A program made the translations under genes and the position numbers. A model generated the notes under the pieces. It had not been told where the DNA came from. It did no database searches and saw nothing but the letters and a program-made list of their open reading frames with translations. This document shows positions 39,423 through 47,429 of a DNA stretch of 64,000 nt, piece by piece. Within the stretch, counting starts at the first letter, position 1. Each line of letters starts with the position of its first letter. The stretch is from Phycisphaerae bacterium (GTDB taxonomy: Bacteria > Planctomycetota > Phycisphaerae > UBA1845), in contig JABWBH010000016.1 in the NCBI GenBank assembly GCA_013360585.1, positions 9,474 to 73,473 of the forward strand. Direction: 5' to 3'.

Positions 39423-40462
39423 TGAATCCGCTCTTGCAAGCCTACGACGACGCCGCGAACCGTGCCGCCACGCTGCGCAGACCGCTCCTTTTGTCGCATA
39501 CGAAACCGGACGGCGACGCCTTCGGCTCACTTGTCGCCGCGCGCGAACTCCTTCGCACCCGCGGTGCCGACCCGCTCGCCGTGTCGTTCGATCCGCTCCC
39601 GAGAACGTACTCCGTGTTTGCCCGCTTCGAGCCTGTCCACGTCCTCGGGCGCGATGTCCCCCTTGCGGACCTCGACCGCTGCGACGGCGTGATCCTTCTC
39701 GACACAGGAGCCTGGAACCAGCTTCTTCCTCTCGAAGCCTGGCTCCGCGCCTCCTCCCTTCCGAGGATCATCGTCGATCATCACGTCACGCGCGACATCC
39801 CCGCGGACGCGATCATCCTCGACGAGTCCGCCGCCGCCACCTGCCTCATTCTTTATCACTGGGCGGATCACCAGGGGTGGACGCTGTCGCCCGACGCCGC
39901 AGCCGCGATCTTCATCGGCATCGCCACCGACACCGGCTGGTTCACACATTCGAACACGACGCCGGACGCCCTCGCCGCCGCCGCCAGGATCGCCGCTCTC
40001 GGCGTCGCCCCCAACGAAATGTACCAACGCCTGTATCAGACGGACGACGCGGCGCGGCTGCGGTTGCGCGCTGCGGCGCTTTCGACAATCGAGTTTGCCG
40101 CCCAGGACCGGCTCGCCATCCTCTCCGTCGATCAGGCGACCCTCGCCCGCGTCGGCGCCACCCTCGCGGATACCGAGAACCTCATCAACGATCCCCTCAG
40201 CGTCCGGTCCGTCGTCGTCAGCGTGCTGCTGGCGGAGCAGAAAAGCGGACCCGTCCGAGTCAGTTTTCGCAGCAAGGCCCCCCTGTCCGGACTCTGCGAT
40301 CTGGACATGGATGTCGCCGCGGCCGCCGCCGGCTTCGGCGGAGGGGGACATCGCCGCGCGGCTGGAGCAAGAGTCGAAGGCCCCCTCCCGGAAGTAAAAC
40401 GCCTCGTCGTCTCGCGTCTCACCCGTCTGATCGAAGACGCCGACGCCGCCCGGAGAACCTGA
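39422..40462 (+). CDS. nrnA: DHH/DHHA1 phosphoesterase (NrnA-like oligoribonuclease / pAp phosphatase)
   Basis: HTKPDGDAFGS, LDTG, VDHH, GIATDTG, GGGGHRRAAG. Confidence 0.88.
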   Translation: MNPLLQAYDDAANRAATLRRPLLLSHTKPDGDAFGSLVAARELLRTRGADPLAVSFDPLPRTYSVFARFEPVHVLGRDVPLADLDRCDGVILLDTGAWNQLLPLEAWLRASSLPRIIVDHHVTRDIPADAIILDESAAATCLILYHWADHQGWTLSPDAAAAIFIGIATDTGWFTHSNTTPDALAAAARIAALGVAPNEMYQRLYQTDDAARLRLRAAALSTIEFAAQDRLAILSVDQATLARVGATLADTENLINDPLSVRSVVVSVLLAEQKSGPVRVSFRSKAPLSGLCDLDMDVAAAAAGFGGGGHRRAAGARVEGPLPEVKRLVVSRLTRLIEDADAARRT

Positions 40463-40476
40463 AACGCCGGCGCCGT

Positions 40477-41592
40477 TCAGACGCCCAGCACACCCTCGAC
40501 CGCCTCGCGGACATCCGATGCGGAAACGTCCTCCGCCAGGCATGCCTTGCCGATCTGCTCCAGCAGCACGAAGCGCGCTCGGCCCTGAACCGCCTTCTTG
40601 TCCGACGCTAGCCGCGCCATCACGACGTCCACGTCCACGCCACCCACCTTCGCTCCGGCCTCCCCCAGCGTGGACGGCAGCTCAAGCGACCGGATCAGAC
40701 GCACGACCCGCCCCCCTTCCGCCGGCGACAGTCCGGACCGCCGCTGCGAAATTCGGCATGCCGCCGCCATCCCCAGCGCCACGCATTCCCCGTGCCGCAA
40801 ACCGTATCCGCTTGCGCTCTCGATCGCATGACCGATCGTGTGCCCGAAGTTCAGCAGCGCCCGCTCGCCGGTCTCCTCATAAGGGTCCGCCGAAACTACG
40901 CCGCTTTTGATCTCGGCGTTCCGCCGCAGAAGCACTTCCGTCGCCGGCGGATCCAGCTCCAATATTTTTCCGGCGTTCTCCTCATGCCACGTCACGAACG
41001 CCTCGTCGAACACCACCGCATGTTTCACGGACTCCGCCAGTCCCGCACGAAAATCGCGCGGCGGAAGCGACCCGAGGCATTGCGGATCCATCACCACCAG
41101 GACCGGGTGATGAAATGCCCCGACAAGGTTCTTTCCCGCGGGCAGATTGATCCCCGTCTTTCCGCCGATCGACGCGTCGATCATTCCCTCCAGCGTCGTC
41201 GGGACATTGACGTGCCGGACGCCGCGCATCCACGTCGCCGCAGCGAACCCCGCCACGTCGCTGACGACGCCGCCGCCGAAGGCGATCACCACGCCTCGCC
41301 GATCCAGCCCGACGCGCGAAAAAAACTCGTGCAGCGCCGCAACCGTCGCCCCTGACTTCGATGCCTCACCTTCCGCAAACGTGAACGTCTCGCACGGCAA
41401 ATCCGCGCTGCGCAGCGATCGCGCCACCCGGTCGCCGAGGATCGCAAGCACGTTCTGCTCACTGACCACAACACAGGCGGAGGGTGAAAGCGACGTCACC
41501 CACGTCCCCGCGCGATCCACCTCTCCGCAACCCACCACAATGCGAGTCGCTACGGACCGCCCGGACATTCGAATCTCCAGGTCACGGGTCAT
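40477..41592 (-). CDS. aroB: 3-dehydroquinate synthase
   Basis: GGGVVSDVAGF, PTTLEGMIDASIGGKTG, KNLVGAFH, LNFGHTIGHAIE, HGECVALG. Confidence 0.95.
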   Translation of the reverse strand: MTRDLEIRMSGRSVATRIVVGCGEVDRAGTWVTSLSPSACVVVSEQNVLAILGDRVARSLRSADLPCETFTFAEGEASKSGATVAALHEFFSRVGLDRRGVVIAFGGGVVSDVAGFAAATWMRGVRHVNVPTTLEGMIDASIGGKTGINLPAGKNLVGAFHHPVLVVMDPQCLGSLPPRDFRAGLAESVKHAVVFDEAFVTWHEENAGKILELDPPATEVLLRRNAEIKSGVVSADPYEETGERALLNFGHTIGHAIESASGYGLRHGECVALGMAAACRISQRRSGLSPAEGGRVVRLIRSLELPSTLGEAGAKVGGVDVDVVMARLASDKKAVQGRARFVLLEQIGKACLAEDVSASDVREAVEGVLGV

Positions 41593-41634
41593 CTTCAGAT
41601 TCCGTGAGGCGCGATGAGCAAAACCCCCGCGCAT

Positions 41635-41671
41635 GAAAATCCCGGCGGATCGACCGTGTCAACCCGCCGGG
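41635..41671 (-). terminator. Probable intrinsic terminator of the RRM gene
   Basis: Minus strand CCCGGCGGGTTGAC-ACG-GTCGATCCGCCGGG (14-bp stem with G-U pairs) followed by ATTTTC, just past the stop at 41693. Confidence 0.65.
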
Positions 41672-41692
41672 CGCTTGACTGTGTCCTGTCTT

Positions 41693-42049
41693 CTAGTAGC
41701 GGCGCGATCCGCCGCCGCCACCGCCGCCGCCGTAACCGCCACGACCGCCACGACCCCCGCCGCCGCCGCCTCCGCCGTAACCGCCGCCGGAGCTGCGGTT
41801 CTCCTTCGGCTTCGCCTCATTGACGGTCAGCGCACGACCTTCGTGCTGCTTGCCGTTCAGCGCCTCGATCGCCGCCTGCGCCTCGCTTGCCGAACTCATC
41901 TCGACGAATCCGAAGCCCTTGCTGCGACCGGTGTCGCGGTCATTGATCACCTGCGCCGACTCCACCGTCCCGTGCGCCGAAAACAACGACATCAGATCGG
42001 CGTCCGTGACCGAATACCCCAGATTCCCAACATACAATTTCTTGCCCAC
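41693..42049 (-). CDS. RRM RNA-binding protein with Gly-rich tail
   Basis: RNP2 LYVGNL, RNP1 KGFGFVEM, GGGY/GGRG tail; GTG start after AGGAG. Confidence 0.95.
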   Translation of the reverse strand: MGKKLYVGNLGYSVTDADLMSLFSAHGTVESAQVINDRDTGRSKGFGFVEMSSASEAQAAIEALNGKQHEGRALTVNEAKPKENRSSGGGYGGGGGGGGRGGRGGYGGGGGGGGSRRY

Positions 42050-42370
42050 GCAGTTCACTCCTGTCTTAAGGGCTTATGACCCAACGTTTACTTTCAGGAT
42101 CACGTTGAAAGAGGCCGACCGCTCGGCCTGGAGGAAGGAGAGTACAGATGAGCAAAAACGTGCGCCGCCTGAAGGAGTTCGCAGCTTAAGACCCGATCGT
42201 CTGATCCAACCAGTCTACGATCTTATGCTCGTAATCGGACCTTAGCAAGCCCCCCTCAAAAATATATATGAACACCCTCTGACGCTGCGGAGAGTGATAC
42301 AACACCCCTTGCAGGGCTGAAAGGTACCTCTCTTCCTGCGGACTGGGTAAGTCCCCCTAAGAAACGCCTG

Positions 42371-44239
42371 CTATCCCGCCACCCGCTTCAGTTCGGTTCG
42401 GACCGGTTCACCCCGCAACTGCAACGTCACCAGTCCCGCCAGCGGCGTCCCCGGCAACGCATGACTCGCCGCACCCCCCGACGCCTCACGCATCGGAATC
42501 GGACTGGCGGGAACGCCCGGCTTGCGCTGAATCCCCCCTCGCATCAGCCGCACCGCCCAGCCGATCGTCCGCCGGAACGTCTGAACCAGCCCCCACATCC
42601 CCAGCGCCTGCATCCCGGCGTCCGCAAGATACAACCGGCTTTTCGGCTTCATCAGCGCCGACACGAAACGAAACGGATTATAAAAGTACAGGTAGGCCGC
42701 AAGAATGTTCAATTGCTTCCGCCACGGCTGAGGATGGTTCGACGCCACCACGTAATTCGCATCCAGCATGTGAGGCTCGACTTTCCGCCCGCCCGCGCTT
42801 TCGTACACCAGCCCGGTCGTGAACGCCTCCTCGTACAATTTCGAACCCGTCGCGGGCGTCATCATCAGCACCTGAAGACTGATCGCCCCCGCACGCCGAA
42901 GCAGACGCACCTGGTTGAGCAGTCCGTAATCCCGCCCGCGCGTCGCCAGCGGCTGCGTGTCGTGGTGCATCATCATCGGCATCGGACAGATGCCGTGTTT
43001 CCGCAGGAGATGAAACGCCTCCGTCGTCTTGTCCACGCTCTGGCCCTTCCGCACCAGGGTCGCGGTCATGTCCTCCACGCCCAGCCACAGCGCCCGCACG
43101 CCCGCCCGCCGCACCTCCTGCAACTGGTCGCGCATCGCCAGCGTGTCATGCACCGTCACCTCGGTCCCCCACCGGATGCGCTTGCGGAACGGCTCTCCGC
43201 CGATCCTCGTCCGCGCCAGCGCCTCGATGATCCGCGTCGTCCGGTCGTGATCGTTGAAGAAATTGTCGTCCGAGCCGAAAAAGTAGCGCAACCCGAACTC
43301 CCGGTGCAGCGACGTGAACTCCTCAACGATCCGCTCGGGGCTTTTCAACCGGTGCTGGCGCTGGTTGTACGCAGGAATCGGGCAATACGGGCAGTTGAAC
43401 TTGCACCCGAACGTCAACACCAGCGAGGCGATCGGCGAATACTTTCGCACCTCGGAATCCGAAAGCGGCCGTGGCGACAGCTCCTCCCCCTTCCCCGGCG
43501 GCTCCAGCAGGCGGTACCCCGGCACCGGATGCGGAAGCTCGTCCAGATCACTCACCAGCCGCTGCACGCCCGTGTCCACCAGTTCTTCCGCAGCGCCTTC
43601 AGATCCCGTCCGCGCGTACACCAGCCCGGGAATCGCGTCCAGCAACCCGCTGTTCCGCGCTCGCAGAAACGCCTCTCGCAGCGACGAATGCGGATCGCGG
43701 ATCGAAAGCACCGTCTCCAGCAGGCTCAGCAGAACGTATTCCTCGCCCGTCACCGCTACGTCCGCCCCCGACGGGTTCCTCGGATCCGAACTGAACACGT
43801 CCCACGGCTCGTAGATCGTTTTCGCCCCGCCCGCGATGATCAGCGGACGATGCGCCGCGTCGATCCGGCACGCGTCACGGATCAGCGCTTTGCACGCCTC
43901 CGTGTGTATCTGCATGCTCGACACGAGGAAAAGATCGGGCACACGCCCGTCCAGGCGCATCCGGGAAGGGCGGAACCGGCGGTTCCACTGCTGAAGGACG
44001 ATCCGCGTCCGCGCAAACCCCGCGTCCGCCAGCGCCGCGCCCACCGCCCGAACCCCCGCCGGCGCCATCCGCATGTCCGCGTATATGAAAGGCAGCATGC
44101 GCGTCCGGTGATCGAACGCACACGCCACGACCGTCGTCAGGTCGTGCGCCGGCGCCATCCGCCGAAGGCGCTGTCGCAACTCCGTCAACGCGCCGGGCCG
44201 CAGCAGCTCATCCCCGCGATGTCGGCGCGGTAGCTCCAT
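42371..44239 (-). CDS. Radical SAM protein with probable B12-binding N-terminal region
   Basis: GCKFNCPYC, FFGSDDNFF, LWLGVED, IIAGGAK. Confidence 0.85.
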   Translation of the reverse strand: MELPRRHRGDELLRPGALTELRQRLRRMAPAHDLTTVVACAFDHRTRMLPFIYADMRMAPAGVRAVGAALADAGFARTRIVLQQWNRRFRPSRMRLDGRVPDLFLVSSMQIHTEACKALIRDACRIDAAHRPLIIAGGAKTIYEPWDVFSSDPRNPSGADVAVTGEEYVLLSLLETVLSIRDPHSSLREAFLRARNSGLLDAIPGLVYARTGSEGAAEELVDTGVQRLVSDLDELPHPVPGYRLLEPPGKGEELSPRPLSDSEVRKYSPIASLVLTFGCKFNCPYCPIPAYNQRQHRLKSPERIVEEFTSLHREFGLRYFFGSDDNFFNDHDRTTRIIEALARTRIGGEPFRKRIRWGTEVTVHDTLAMRDQLQEVRRAGVRALWLGVEDMTATLVRKGQSVDKTTEAFHLLRKHGICPMPMMMHHDTQPLATRGRDYGLLNQVRLLRRAGAISLQVLMMTPATGSKLYEEAFTTGLVYESAGGRKVEPHMLDANYVVASNHPQPWRKQLNILAAYLYFYNPFRFVSALMKPKSRLYLADAGMQALGMWGLVQTFRRTIGWAVRLMRGGIQRKPGVPASPIPMREASGGAASHALPGTPLAGLVTLQLRGEPVRTELKRVAG

Positions 44240-44827
44240 CCTTGCTCCTTACAAGAAGGACCGTCGCCGCCGTTCCACGGGCGGCCCATCCTGAGTCCTG
44301 CTCAACGCCAGCGGACGCGCGGCGCAGGGGTTTCCCGCCCCCGGCCCGCAGGCAACGGAATTGTACTGCTATTCCGCCACGTGTCGAGATCGCCCACATG
44401 CCTTTGGGGCAAGCGCCATGACCTTGGTTTTGGCCGTTTTCCTGGGGGCGGGTTCCGTGAATCACGACAAAAGACGCAGGAGTCAAGGATTCGTCTCACG
44501 CCCCCGAAATCCCAGGGGAATCAGAACCTCAAGCCGCCCTTATGCAATTCCTGACCTTGATAATCCAGGGAGTCTCCTTCCTTCAAAAAAGGGGGCAACG
44601 TCGAGCTAACCTCATTGCAACATTGCGATTGCACTGGCCGTCATGATGCCCTCGTCGGGCTTCACGCGGCCTGAGGATCCAGATGCAGCATGACGGTTCG
44701 GCTCGAAACACGTCTAAGTGTAAGAATCCTGATGGATACCTCGGATCCACTTCCGGGAGCGGCAGCTTCTTTTCGACGTTCGATTCGAGCGCACTCCCTC
44801 ACCTTTTTCCTCAAGGAGACTGATGTC

Positions 44828-45796
44828 ATGTACAAGCGAAACAAGGAGCGAGGATGGGCGATCAGGTGCCTGAGCGCCTTGATAGGTATCGGTCCGGGGA
44901 TCGTTTCAGCGGACGTCACCATCACCATCCTCGAAACAAAGGGAATCGTGTCCGTCAAGAAGGCCGGCGAGCGGAATTACAGGCGTCTGGCGCAAGGTGA
45001 GACGCTCTCAACCTGCGACACGATCAAGTTGCTTCACTCCAATGATGATGAACTCTCGATCGTATCCTCAATCAAGTGGGTCCGCGAAGGGGACTGTCCC
45101 AATAAAGGCAAGGCCGTCTCAACCGCGGATACAGAGAAAACCAGGACGCTTCACGTCGGCACCGACATCGGCAATCCCGGACCATTGCCGCCGGGCGGCT
45201 ATTTCGATTTGCTGCTCGACGACGACGCGAAGATTTCCACCGCCACCATCATCGAAGGCCAGTCCTGTGAAGGAACCGGGCACTGCGGCCTGAACAGCCC
45301 GATGGCGCTGGCGGTAGCGATCGAACCCACGCCCCCCGAGCACGAGACGGTCTTCAGCGGAGAATACGGCTTCAACCTCGAGGGTCAGGAGTACACCCAC
45401 TTCATTAACTACCCTCCCAATTCGATCCCGCTGGTTTCGGTTCCGTACTTCGGCCCGTTCAGCGGAGAGCATATTCTTGTTCCACCAGGTCAAATGATCA
45501 CTTGGCACGCTTCCGGTGTGTTCGAGTTGTCGGAAGCACCCCCCTGTACCGGAGCCGAAGATCTCAAGGTCACGGCGTGTCGCCAAAGAGCCTGCGGAAG
45601 CACGTTCAAGGCGAAACTCTCCAGGGCTTTGCCTGGATCGCCCGTGACGTTCACGAGGGACGGGCGTGTATTCGACAGGGCCGTGGTGAATGACCGCGGC
45701 AAGGCCGTGGGCAGGTTCTGCGGCGAGACCTCCGGCTCCCACCTGATCGGTGTCGTGGAATGCGAATCGGCGGTCGCCGAGAGCAACTGCCCTTAA
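44828..45796 (+). CDS. Secreted protein (FecR-like N-terminal region) with ~83-aa Cys-bracketed C-terminal domain
   Basis: AAGGAG RBS; signal peptide ending VSA-D; KGIVSVKKAG...LAQGETLSTCDTI and LVPPGQ resemble FecR; ends CTGAEDLK...NDRGK...NCP. Confidence 0.8.
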   Translation: MYKRNKERGWAIRCLSALIGIGPGIVSADVTITILETKGIVSVKKAGERNYRRLAQGETLSTCDTIKLLHSNDDELSIVSSIKWVREGDCPNKGKAVSTADTEKTRTLHVGTDIGNPGPLPPGGYFDLLLDDDAKISTATIIEGQSCEGTGHCGLNSPMALAVAIEPTPPEHETVFSGEYGFNLEGQEYTHFINYPPNSIPLVSVPYFGPFSGEHILVPPGQMITWHASGVFELSEAPPCTGAEDLKVTACRQRACGSTFKAKLSRALPGSPVTFTRDGRVFDRAVVNDRGKAVGRFCGETSGSHLIGVVECESAVAESNCP

Positions 45797-46307
45797 GCTC
45801 GACTCTGCCGTTTGGAAGGAAGCTCAATCGCTCGGCCTTGTTGGTCGAGCCGCGTGAGCCGGATGCGCCTGGGGAGTTCTGATATCTCCGCGTGAATCAG
45901 CGACCTTTTCATGACTGTTTCTCAGCACGACCGTCGCCAGCATGGCCGTGACCCTTCGCCGTTGCGGCGACAGCTCGCTCCGAGAATCAGAACCCCCGAC
46001 CCTTCTGGAACGTCGGACGGGAAAAAGATGTCCTGAACGCCGAAGCGAGCGATTCCACCGCTTGGGGTAACGTGAACCTGCCTGCGCCCGTCCGCCTTTC
46101 CGGCGGACGGGTTGGCACGTCGAACCCCTTTCCGATTGTTTTTAGCCCCGGATTCATAAAAAACCTGCCGTACGAGACGACAGAAGTCGAAATGAAAGGG
46201 TTTAGGAAAATGGGCTACACTTAGTCCGTCCGATTGGTCCGATCTACAAATGAAACCGTTGGCGGACGTCGACACCGACGCCCGTTTCAGATGTAATCCG
46301 GGGTATC

Positions 46308-46892
46308 ATGTCCACCACCGCCGTGATTTTCGACCTTGACGGCACGCTGACAAAGCCGATACTTGATTTCGACCTGATCCGGCGAGACATAGGCATTCCC
46401 TCTGGACCGATCCTTGAAGCCCTGGAGCGCATGGGACAGGAGGATCGCAGGCGCGCCGAAGACATTCTCAATCATCACGAAGCCCACGCGGCCACCCACT
46501 CCACGTTGCAGGAAGGGGCGCGCGAAGTGCTGCTGGCACTGCGACGCCGCGGTTATCCCACGGCCATCCTGACGCGCAATGCCCGGCGCTGGGTTGATGT
46601 CGTTGTGTCAAAACACCGGCTTGAGGTGGACGCCGTTCGCACACGAGAAGATGGGGCAATCAAGCCGGCCGCGGAACCGGTGCTGGATCTCTGCCGCCAA
46701 CTCAAAGCCGATCCGACCGCAAGCTGGGTCGTGGGGGATTATCTTTTTGACCTGCAATCCGGAAGGCTCGCGGGGACGCGCACCATTCTGATGATCGGCG
46801 ACGGCCCGACACCGTCTTTCGCTTCCGCGGCGGATCACGTCATCCGCCGGCTCGCGGAACTTCTGCCCCTGATCGACCGCAACGGCCCCTGA
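46308..46892 (+). CDS. HAD-superfamily hydrolase
   Basis: FDLDGTL, LTRN, KPAAEP, VGDYLFDL. Confidence 0.92.
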   Translation: MSTTAVIFDLDGTLTKPILDFDLIRRDIGIPSGPILEALERMGQEDRRRAEDILNHHEAHAATHSTLQEGAREVLLALRRRGYPTAILTRNARRWVDVVVSKHRLEVDAVRTREDGAIKPAAEPVLDLCRQLKADPTASWVVGDYLFDLQSGRLAGTRTILMIGDGPTPSFASAADHVIRRLAELLPLIDRNGP

Positions 46893-46925
46893 GGCGGCTG
46901 AAGGTGAGGATGCCGACGACACGCA

Positions 46926-47429
46926 TCAGAACACTTCCTTCGGAACGATGATCCGGATCGGTTGACCGAACGTCTTGCGCCCGGCGGGATCCTCGTACGA
47001 CACGATGAACTCCACTTCCCGCTCCAGCACGTCGTGCGGCGCCCACGACAGACGCATCACGTAATACTGCCCGAGCGTCGTCGGGTGCCGCTTGTGCGGC
47101 AGCGTCCGGGTCGGGGCGCTGAACGTCGTGATTTTCTCCCGCGACACTTCGCCCTGCGCGTCGCGCCCGCGGTAATACATGTCCACGATGAACGTCCCCG
47201 GCACGAGGACGCCGCGGTGCTCGTTCTGAGGAATCAGAAATATCCGGAACTGGATCCCCTCCGGCTTCTCATCGCGCACCGCATCCATGTTCAGCCACGG
47301 ATTCGCGCTGCGCAGGATCGAGACCGTCTGAATCCGCGGACCCCGGTAATTCCGCCCCCCGGACTCGCATCCCGCCGTGCAGAAAACCAGCAATACCAAC
47401 CCCGCCGGAACCGACCGCCGCACCATCAT
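46926..47429 (-). CDS. Lipoprotein translationally coupled to the secretin (pilotin candidate)
   Basis: Lipobox LVFCTAG|C; ATGA overlap with the secretin stop at 47426-47429. Confidence 0.75.
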   Translation of the reverse strand: MMVRRSVPAGLVLLVFCTAGCESGGRNYRGPRIQTVSILRSANPWLNMDAVRDEKPEGIQFRIFLIPQNEHRGVLVPGTFIVDMYYRGRDAQGEVSREKITTFSAPTRTLPHKRHPTTLGQYYVMRLSWAPHDVLEREVEFIVSYEDPAGRKTFGQPIRIIVPKEVF

